Shown here: positions 44,119-51,566 of the stretch, one piece after another | Numbering within the stretch: position 1 is the stretch's first letter | How the letters are laid out: every line of letters starts with the position of its first letter | From: Candidatus Woesearchaeota archaeon | Lineage (GTDB): Archaea; Nanobdellota; Nanobdellia; Woesearchaeales; CAXGTL01 | Direction: 5' to 3' | Length of the DNA stretch: 57,113 nucleotides | NCBI GenBank assembly: GCA_964012725.1 | Contig: CAXGTL010000001.1 | Location: forward strand, 1-57,113 | The notes under the pieces: model-generated | What the model was told of the DNA's origin: nothing | The model's database searches: none | Seen by the model: only the letters and a program-made list of their open reading frames with translations | Translations under genes and position numbers: made by a program

Positions 44119-44240
44119 AAAAAACATAACATTTATAAACACAAACAACATAAAATATAATATTATATTTAACAAAAAGAGGCAGCGCAAATTATAAATT
44201 TGCTGGTCTCTTTTTCAAAGAAAAAGAGGTGAATTAAAAA

Positions 44241-44456
44241 ATGAGACATTGGCACGGAGCAATTTTATCATTGCTAATAATTGTTTTAGCATTTTTATGG
44301 GATTCTGGAGCATGGGTTAAATGGGTTATAATACTTGCAGCATTAGTATTGTTTTTAAAAGCAATGATGCACCCTATGTGTATGCCGCCACCAAAGGCAG
44401 CAGTAAAAAAAGCAAAAAGAAAACCTGCTAAGAAAAAGAAAAAAAGAAAAAGGTAA
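44241..44456 (+). CDS. small membrane protein, two TM helices plus K/R-rich tail
   Basis: 71 aa (MRHWHGAILSLLIIVLAFLWDSGAWVKWVIILAALVLFLKAMM...KKKKKRKR). GAGGTGA SD. Downstream of family A copy 3. Confidence 0.65.
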   Translation: MRHWHGAILSLLIIVLAFLWDSGAWVKWVIILAALVLFLKAMMHPMCMPPPKAAVKKAKRKPAKKKKKRKR

Positions 44457-44478
44457 ATTTCTTTATTTTTTTTATTTT

Positions 44479-45396
44479 TTATATTTCTTTTATAATATTT
44501 ATAATTTCGTCCTGATTTTTAGCGAAACTTATTTTGTGTCTAATTTTTTTAGAATTCTCAATAGATTTTGTAAACCATTGTGCATTGTTTCTTAATACAG
44601 GTAATTTAGGTTCAGAATGTTTTGTGTAAAGTTTGTACCAATCCACAAACATTTTTTTCCTGTCTTTTAATGTCAATTGTTTTATTTTTTTATTAGATAA
44701 TTTATCTTTTATTTGTTTAAAAATAAAAGGATTACCAATTGCAGCCCTACCAACCATGATATGATCACAACCAGTATGTTCTAACATTTTTATTGCATCC
44801 TCAGGTAAAAAAACATCTCCGTTTCCAACTACAGGAATATTTACAGATTCCTTTACTTCTTTTATCCAGTCCCAGTTTGCTGTCCCAGAATAACCTTGTT
44901 TAGAAGTTCTTGCATGGATTGCAATTGCAGATGCACCTGCTTTTTCTATTATTTTTGCAATCTTTGTATGAACTAATTTTTTTTCACTAATCCCTGCTCT
45001 AATTTTTGCAGTTACTGGAACATTTGTATTTTTTACTAATTTTTCAATTATTTCCTTGATCTTAGCTGGTCTTTTTAATAATGCAGCACCCATTCCTTGG
45101 TTAAAAACTTTTGGTGCAGGACATCCTAAATTAAAATCTATGTAATCAAAATTATCTTCTACTAACTTAACACTTTTAACAATATACTTAACATTGAGAC
45201 CAAACAATTGCACAGATATCGGTTTTTCTTTTGAAATAGTCTTAATCATACCAATAGTAGCTTTATTATTTCTAGATAATGCATGTGCACTTATCATTTC
45301 AGTAGAAAGTATATCACAACCATACTTTTTACATAATAATCTAAATGCAATATTATTAACACCAGCCATTGGTGCTAAGTAGAGTTTTGGTTTCAT
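44479..45396 (-). CDS. dus: tRNA-dihydrouridine synthase
   Basis: 305 aa. LAPMAGVNN, DFNLGCP, IHARTSKQGYSG, GNGD. Confidence 0.85.
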   Translation of the reverse strand: MKPKLYLAPMAGVNNIAFRLLCKKYGCDILSTEMISAHALSRNNKATIGMIKTISKEKPISVQLFGLNVKYIVKSVKLVEDNFDYIDFNLGCPAPKVFNQGMGAALLKRPAKIKEIIEKLVKNTNVPVTAKIRAGISEKKLVHTKIAKIIEKAGASAIAIHARTSKQGYSGTANWDWIKEVKESVNIPVVGNGDVFLPEDAIKMLEHTGCDHIMVGRAAIGNPFIFKQIKDKLSNKKIKQLTLKDRKKMFVDWYKLYTKHSEPKLPVLRNNAQWFTKSIENSKKIRHKISFAKNQDEIINIIKEI

Positions 45397-45536
45397 GTTA
45401 AGTATTATATGTCTAGAATTTATAAAACTATATGTTAAGAAATAGTATTCAAATAAAATAATAAATCAGATTTCCAAACCCCAACATAAAAAATAAATTA
45501 AGAAAAAAATAAAAAAAAACTATTTCTTTTTCTTAA

Positions 45537-45560
45537 ACCCAGCAATCTATGATTCTGGGT
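45537..45560 (-). terminator. hairpin plus T-runs downstream of the SPFH gene
   Basis: Minus-sense ACCCAGAAUCAUAGAUUGCUGGGU, followed within 20 nt by U9 and U7 runs. Confidence 0.45.
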
Positions 45561-45576
45561 ACTCAAAAAGAAAAGT

Positions 45577-46326
45577 TTATCTTTTCTTTTTGAAACCTTC
45601 AAAAGCTTTCAATATTTCCAAAGGCATTGCAAAGACAATAGTATTGCTTTTATCAGAACTAATATCGTTCATTGATTGCAATGTTCTAAGGTGTAAAGCT
45701 CCTGTTGATGCTGACAACATCTTAGCAGCTTTTGCCATATTTGTTGCAGCTGTTACTTCACCTTGAGCTTTAATGATAACAGCTCTTTTTTCTCTTTCAG
45801 CTTCAGCTTCTTTTGCAATTGTCCTTTTCATTTCACCTGGCAGTTCAATATGTTTCAGATCAACACTTTGAACTTTGATTCCCCATGGATCGCTTGCTTT
45901 ATCAACTATTTTTTGAATTCTGTTTGAAATATCATCTCTGTTTGCTAATAATTCATCCAATGTTACTTCACCAACAACATCTCTCATAGTAGTTTGTGCT
46001 AACTGAGAAACTGCATAATTAAAATGTTCAACTTCTATAATAGCTGTCTTTGCATCATCTACTTTATAATATATAACAGCATTCACATTAAGACTAACAT
46101 TGTCTTTTGTAATTGCATCTTGCTCAGGTACATCTATTACTTTTACTCTCATATCAACTCTTTGCCATGACTGGAATATTGGAAATACTATTCTTAACCC
46201 TGGCTTCATTATCTTCTTATACTTACCTAGTGTAAACTTTACACCTCTTTCATATTCTGTAACTACCTTTAAACCTATTAATACATACAGAACTATTATT
46301 ATAATAAATGTATATGTGCTAATCAT
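45577..46326 (-). CDS. SPFH/band-7 (stomatin-like) membrane protein
   Basis: 249 aa. N-terminal TM; EYERGVKFTLGKY, TKDNV, QTTMRDVVG; coiled A/E-rich C-terminal part. Confidence 0.88.
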   Translation of the reverse strand: MISTYTFIIIIVLYVLIGLKVVTEYERGVKFTLGKYKKIMKPGLRIVFPIFQSWQRVDMRVKVIDVPEQDAITKDNVSLNVNAVIYYKVDDAKTAIIEVEHFNYAVSQLAQTTMRDVVGEVTLDELLANRDDISNRIQKIVDKASDPWGIKVQSVDLKHIELPGEMKRTIAKEAEAEREKRAVIIKAQGEVTAATNMAKAAKMLSASTGALHLRTLQSMNDISSDKSNTIVFAMPLEILKAFEGFKKKR

Positions 46327-46386
46327 CTTATCATCCCCCTTGTTATGTGATATAGTTGTTGAGAATTCGGATGTATATAAAGGTTT

Positions 46387-47205
46387 TTATTCTCTATACC
46401 TAACTTCCATAGGAATATGTATTGATTGTGCAGGTTTTTCAGAAATAATACCTAAATTACATTCCATGTTTATAGGAAAATTTACACCTGCGAAATCAAA
46501 TTGTATAAGAAACTCTGCTTCATCATCTTTGCCTGCTTCAATTATTTTTGTTCCAGTTCTAAAACCTGTATTTAGCACAATATTTTCTGAAGCTTGAATT
46601 TCTGCATATCCTCCAACAGAATAATCTAAATGTTCTGGCGAATAAAATTTATATTTTTCATTTTTATCTTCCATAGAGTTAAATAATAATGATCTGGTAT
46701 CTTCATTAACACATCTAAGGTTCATGTCAATACCTCTTACTTTAGTTTGAAATTGAATAGGCACATTTACATTAGCCGCATAAAATCCACCATCATGATT
46801 TAGATCAGAACGTCTGAATTCAATCACATTTTCTTTCAGCAATCTTCCATGTCCAATATGACCAATACCTTCAAATAGCATGGGCTCAGGACAATCATTT
46901 GGACAAGAGTTATAATCTTCTTCATATGATTCAGCATATTCGCATTTGTCATTACCACAGCAATTATTTTTTATCTTTACTATACATTCATTTTTCTCGC
47001 ACATATTTTCGCCACAACTTCCTACTTTGCCTGAACAAGAACCACAATCTTGTGAACAAGTACATTTATTTTCATTACCATCACATTTATTATTACCACA
47101 TCTAGGAATAATATTGTATAATAAAACACAAATACCGATAACCAATATAATTACTATTAACATAAGAACAATATTAAATGATTTACTTCTTTTCTTTGCC
47201 ATCAT
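46387..47205 (-). CDS. membrane-anchored Cys-rich extracellular protein, unknown function
   Basis: 272 aa. N-terminal TM, then about 20 Cys in 80 aa (CGNNKCDGNENKCTCSQDCGSCSGKVGSCGENMC...), then a beta-rich domain. Directly upstream of the SPFH gene. Confidence 0.6.
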   Translation of the reverse strand: MMAKKRSKSFNIVLMLIVIILVIGICVLLYNIIPRCGNNKCDGNENKCTCSQDCGSCSGKVGSCGENMCEKNECIVKIKNNCCGNDKCEYAESYEEDYNSCPNDCPEPMLFEGIGHIGHGRLLKENVIEFRRSDLNHDGGFYAANVNVPIQFQTKVRGIDMNLRCVNEDTRSLLFNSMEDKNEKYKFYSPEHLDYSVGGYAEIQASENIVLNTGFRTGTKIIEAGKDDEAEFLIQFDFAGVNFPINMECNLGIISEKPAQSIHIPMEVRYRE

Positions 47206-47320
47206 TAAATAATAAATAATATAATATATATAAACTTATCTAGAAATAATCGGAAATCTTCCAATTTATCATCACTCAATGTATAAACATCTTTTTATAC
47301 AACTCTATATTCCCACATAC

Positions 47321-48592
47321 ATGAACATCAATTGCATTAAATGTAAAGGTAATAATCCGAGAGCTAATTGTGGTAGAGATTTCTGTCCGATATTGGCAAA
47401 GTCTAATGCTATGTTTAAGACAAAGCAGTTGTTTGATTCTAAAGATAATAGCAATAAAGGGAATCTTGGTAAAACTAATTACTTCGGTGCATCGCCAGCA
47501 GTATTTGTAGGAAGATTCGGCTATCCAAACATTAATGTAGGCATATTAACTCCGCCTAACATCACAAACTCAGATGATTATGATGCACCAAGAACATGGG
47601 GTTCAGAAAACTATGACATAAACACATTGATTAATATAAGAAGTTCTTTAGTTAACTCCAGGTTTAAGATGCAGGTTAAATATAAAAAAGAAAAGTTCTT
47701 AGACATGACACAAGAGATATCAATGGCATCAAAACCAGTTGATGTTGAGATAAATCTTAAAGATAAACCATATTTCACCAAGAAAAATGATCCAGAAGTT
47801 GCGCCAATGGGTCCAACATCAGCATTAAAAAAAGCACAGATCACATCAAACCCCAAAATACATACAAAAGTTGACAAAGTAGTTTCTGATACAAGTTTAA
47901 AAGCAACACAAGCACTAGAACTTCTCTATAAAAAGAATTTTGATGAAAACTTTTTATCCAAATTACTAAGCGCAGGCAATCTCGGTGTTAAAACACAAAG
48001 AAAACTAGTTCCAACTAGGTGGAGCATTACAGCAACAGACGACCATATTGGTAAAATGTATCTCAAAGAAATACACAAATTAAGTTCTAGGGTTGATTAT
48101 AGTGTTTACTTTGGAGATTACTTAGGAAATTATTACCTCATCTTAATGTTTCCAGAAATATGGTCATATGAATTATTTGAAATGTATTTACCAAAGGCAA
48201 GCTGGAACCCAACAAACCAATTACAATTCTCAACTGATAACGAAGGTTATTTAGGCAGGAAGAATTATGCTTCAAATTGTGTTGGTGGTTATTATTCTGT
48301 ACGTATGGCTGTGCAAGAACATCTAGTAAAAAAAGAAAAAAAGCAAGCTTCTTGTTTAGTTCTAAGATTCATAACAGGAGAATATGCAGTTCCCTTAGGT
48401 GTGTGGGTTACAAGGGAAGCAGCAAGACAATCATTAAAATCAAGACCATTAAAGTTTGCATCCAAAGAACTTATGTTAAAGTATGCACAACTTTTCATAA
48501 AAAAGAAATTTAACATAGACATCAATCAAATATTAAACAAAAGCATTATGTTGAATGAGATGAAGATTCAGAAGAAACTCAATATATTCTAA
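47321..48592 (+). CDS. nreA: archaeal DNA repair protein NreA-like
   Basis: Track ORF trimmed to ATG 47321 (MNINCIKCKGNNPRANCGRDFCPI...). The N-terminal Cys motif and length fit the Nre family as I remember it. Confidence 0.55.
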   Translation: MNINCIKCKGNNPRANCGRDFCPILAKSNAMFKTKQLFDSKDNSNKGNLGKTNYFGASPAVFVGRFGYPNINVGILTPPNITNSDDYDAPRTWGSENYDINTLINIRSSLVNSRFKMQVKYKKEKFLDMTQEISMASKPVDVEINLKDKPYFTKKNDPEVAPMGPTSALKKAQITSNPKIHTKVDKVVSDTSLKATQALELLYKKNFDENFLSKLLSAGNLGVKTQRKLVPTRWSITATDDHIGKMYLKEIHKLSSRVDYSVYFGDYLGNYYLILMFPEIWSYELFEMYLPKASWNPTNQLQFSTDNEGYLGRKNYASNCVGGYYSVRMAVQEHLVKKEKKQASCLVLRFITGEYAVPLGVWVTREAARQSLKSRPLKFASKELMLKYAQLFIKKKFNIDINQILNKSIMLNEMKIQKKLNIF

Positions 48593-48646
48593 AATATATA
48601 TTCTAAACACGAAATTCTTTAAATAGGACATACTAACCCTATAACC

Positions 48647-49132
48647 ATGTACAAAACAATTGTAAACCTAGCATACTTATACTTAATAACAGCACTACCT
48701 TTTCTAGAACTCAGAGCATCTATTCCATATGGAATATTAGCTCTGCAAATAAATTGGTTACTAGTTTTTATAATCTGCATAATATCAAACATATTAATAA
48801 CTCCCTTAATTTGGTTCTTTGTAGAACATGTAATGCATTTCTTTCTAAAGATTAAGTGGATTGAAACAATATACAAAAAAATAGTAGTAAGAACACAAAA
48901 AAGAGTACATCCATATGTAGAAAAGTATGGAACACTTGGCTTAGCTATATTCATAGGCATACCATTGCCAGGCTCAGGTGTATACTCAGGATGTTTAGGT
49001 GCATATTTATTAGGATATAAGTTCAAAGATTATTTGATTGCTTCTGTACTTGGTGTGCTAATAGCTGGAATTATTGTTACAATTGTTACATTGACTGGTA
49101 CTGAATTATTCTCGATTTTCATCAAAACATAA
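48647..49132 (+). CDS. small multidrug-export-like membrane protein (COG2426 type)
   Basis: 161 aa. LELRASIPYGI motif, 4-5 TM helices. Preferred over the antisense track ORF 48619..49026. Confidence 0.6.
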   Translation: MYKTIVNLAYLYLITALPFLELRASIPYGILALQINWLLVFIICIISNILITPLIWFFVEHVMHFFLKIKWIETIYKKIVVRTQKRVHPYVEKYGTLGLAIFIGIPLPGSGVYSGCLGAYLLGYKFKDYLIASVLGVLIAGIIVTIVTLTGTELFSIFIKT

Positions 49133-49222
49133 GCCCTAACATCTATATTCTACCACTATATAAATATATCGAAATAAGGAAAAAAACATTTATATATCAA
49201 AAATATCATAAAATATAGCACA

Positions 49223-50257
49223 ATGATACAAACTCTAAACAAAACACTATTATCAAAACAAGACATCTTCCAAGACATTCTAGGACAAGGCAATGTAAAG
49301 CTACAGATAAGATCAGCTTTATTATCCAACAGAAACATTATAGTAGTTGGAACACCTGGAATAGGTAAAACAACATTAGCAAAAAGCATTGCTAAGATTC
49401 TGCCACAGATTGAAGCAGTTGAAGGATGCGGATTTCATTGTGAAATCAAAAACCCAATATGTCCAGAATGTAAATCAAAGAAACATAAAAAAAAGACAAA
49501 GATTTCTGGAGAAAAACGATTTATCAGGATCCAAGGTTCACCAGACTTAACAGTTGAAGACCTTTTAGGTGATATTGATCCAATCAAAGCAATGAAATAC
49601 GGACCTTTATCTATTGAAGCATTTACACCAGGCAAAATATTCAAAGCAAATAATGGAGTTTTATTTTTTGATGAAATTAACAGATGTCCAGAAAAATTAC
49701 AAAATGCACTTTTACAAGTTTTGCAAGAAAGAAAAGCAACAATTGGAAGTTATGATGTTGATATACCAGCTAATTTCTTATTCATTGCAACCATGAACCC
49801 AGAAGACAGTTCAACAGAAAGATTAAGTGATGTATTACTTGACAGGTTTGATGTAATTTACATGTCATTCCCAGAATCAATAGAAATAGAAAAAGAAATA
49901 ATTAAAAAAACATGCACAAAGTTAGTTAAAGTAACTGACACACTTCTTCATTTCATGGCATATTTTGTAAGATTGTTAAGACAATCTGATAAATTAGAAA
50001 AAAAGCCAAGTGTTAGAGCATTACAAGGTTTATATGAAAGATCCCAAGCAAATGCATTACTAAATAATAAAAATCATGCAACTATGCAAGATCTTAAAGA
50101 TGTTTTAATAAGTGTATTAGCACACAGGATTAAACTTAAACCAAGTGTTAAATATCTTATGAGTCCTGAACAATTCTTAGAAAAAGAATTCAAAGAATTT
50201 CTTAAAACAAATGTAGGAAAACAAATTCAAACATCTGCTGAAGGAGACGTCCCCTAA
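49223..50257 (+). CDS. AAA+ ATPase, ChlI/MoxR-like, with Cys4 insertion
   Basis: 344 aa. Walker A GTPGIGKTT, Walker B VLFFDEINR, ATMNPED, and a CGFHC..CPEC insert. Ends GAC GTC CCC TAA. Confidence 0.8.
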   Translation: MIQTLNKTLLSKQDIFQDILGQGNVKLQIRSALLSNRNIIVVGTPGIGKTTLAKSIAKILPQIEAVEGCGFHCEIKNPICPECKSKKHKKKTKISGEKRFIRIQGSPDLTVEDLLGDIDPIKAMKYGPLSIEAFTPGKIFKANNGVLFFDEINRCPEKLQNALLQVLQERKATIGSYDVDIPANFLFIATMNPEDSSTERLSDVLLDRFDVIYMSFPESIEIEKEIIKKTCTKLVKVTDTLLHFMAYFVRLLRQSDKLEKKPSVRALQGLYERSQANALLNNKNHATMQDLKDVLISVLAHRIKLKPSVKYLMSPEQFLEKEFKEFLKTNVGKQIQTSAEGDVP

Positions 50258-50339
50258 TTTAGATGTAAAGATTGAAAAAAAAGAAGAAGCTGAAGAATTA
50301 TCAGGACAGTTAGAATCACAAAAAGATGAAGATAAACTA

Positions 50340-51449
50340 ATGCATTCTGTTTTAGAAAGTGATGAAGAAACAATTGAAGAAGGAAAAGTAATAAAAGATG
50401 CAATTAACCAAGGCATGGGATCGTTCACACCTGACATGATGTTTGAAAACCTTGTAAAAGATTATAGAAATGCAGAAAATATTTATGGAAAATCCATTAT
50501 AAGATATTTAACAGGCTATGATGCTGATTATGTTAAAAGAAATGTAAAAATTCCTGAGTTTCAGAAAGAAATCAAGAAAAATATTGGAGAAGCAATAAAA
50601 AAATTAAAAGAAAAAGATTTAATTGATAAACAATTTGCAATCACAGACAAAGGTTTTTACCTTGCATCTTTAATTCTATACACAGAAGAACTTGACAATA
50701 TTGTACCCAAGGGAATACTTGGTGAATATGAACATAAGAAAACATCACACTATGGTCTTCCAAAAGATACAAAAATATTCAAAAAAGGTGACAGGTATCA
50801 CGATATTGCTGTTAAAAAATCAGTAAAAGTTGCAATCAGAAGAGGACATTCTAAACTAGAAATAGATGATTTAAGAGCGCATGAAAGACATTCCAAAGGA
50901 AAAACTGTAATTATTTATGCAATGGATGCATCTGGTTCAATGAAAGGCAAAAAATTGGAAGCATCAAAAAAAGCAGGAATTGCACTTGCATTTAAAGCAA
51001 TCAATAAAAAAGATAAAATTGGAATGATTGTTTTTAAAAATAAAGTTGTGTCATTAGTTGAACCAACACAAGATTTTGGACTTCTATTAAAAGAAATTAC
51101 TCCAATAAAAGCATCTGGTGAAACAGATTTTGCATCTACAATAAGCAAAGCAATTGAATTATTTCCTTCAGAAAGAATAACAAAACATCTTATCATACTA
51201 AGTGACGCATTAGCAACATATGGTGCTGATCCTGAAAATGAAACTTTATCAGCGATTTCATTAGCAAAAGAAAATGGAATAACAGTTTCACTAATAGGAA
51301 TCAATCTTGATACCAAAGGTGAAGAGTTAAGTAGAAAGATAGTTGAGATCAGTGAAGGAAGGTTCTGGAGAGTAAGTAATCTTGATGAATTGGATAAGAT
51401 TGTGCTTGAGGATTATAATGAAATTCGTGAATTTGGTACAAGTTCATGA
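50340..51449 (+). CDS. von Willebrand factor A (VWA) domain protein, ChlD-like C-terminal half
   Basis: 369 aa. MIDAS motif IIYAMDASGSMKG. No SD. Its frame is already open from 50217 (41 stop-free codons, no canonical start), which covers the whole gap to the AAA+ gene. Confidence 0.75.
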   Translation: MHSVLESDEETIEEGKVIKDAINQGMGSFTPDMMFENLVKDYRNAENIYGKSIIRYLTGYDADYVKRNVKIPEFQKEIKKNIGEAIKKLKEKDLIDKQFAITDKGFYLASLILYTEELDNIVPKGILGEYEHKKTSHYGLPKDTKIFKKGDRYHDIAVKKSVKVAIRRGHSKLEIDDLRAHERHSKGKTVIIYAMDASGSMKGKKLEASKKAGIALAFKAINKKDKIGMIVFKNKVVSLVEPTQDFGLLLKEITPIKASGETDFASTISKAIELFPSERITKHLIILSDALATYGADPENETLSAISLAKENGITVSLIGINLDTKGEELSRKIVEISEGRFWRVSNLDELDKIVLEDYNEIREFGTSS

Positions 51450-51492
51450 ATGAATTAGATGAGAACGAAGCTTGTAGCTGAGTGAACATATT

Positions 51493-51522
51493 ATGGTGTG
51501 ATGTGACTAAAACTGAGACCAT
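51493..51522 (+). promoter_or_regulatory. k-turn/k-loop-like hairpin with box C/D-like elements
   Basis: AUGGU-GU-GAUGU-GACUAAAA-CUGA-G-ACCAU. 5-bp stem; tandem G-A/A-G, U-U and G-C pairs are possible between UGAUG and CUGA. Imperfect bulge geometry. Confidence 0.3.
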
Positions 51523-51566
51523 TTACACAATAACATTTATAAACACCTTTATCTAAAATATATACT

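Noticed and set aside
48619-49026. Minus-strand 135-aa ORF.
   Set aside because: It is antisense to the 48647..49132 membrane protein, which has a recognisable LELRASIPYGI family motif and a coherent TM pattern.
51457-51522. A complete dual-guide box C/D sRNA.
   Set aside because: The C box is imperfect, the second guide spacer is only 8 nt, and the termini do not pair. Only the 51493-51522 hairpin is kept, as a weak k-turn-like candidate.
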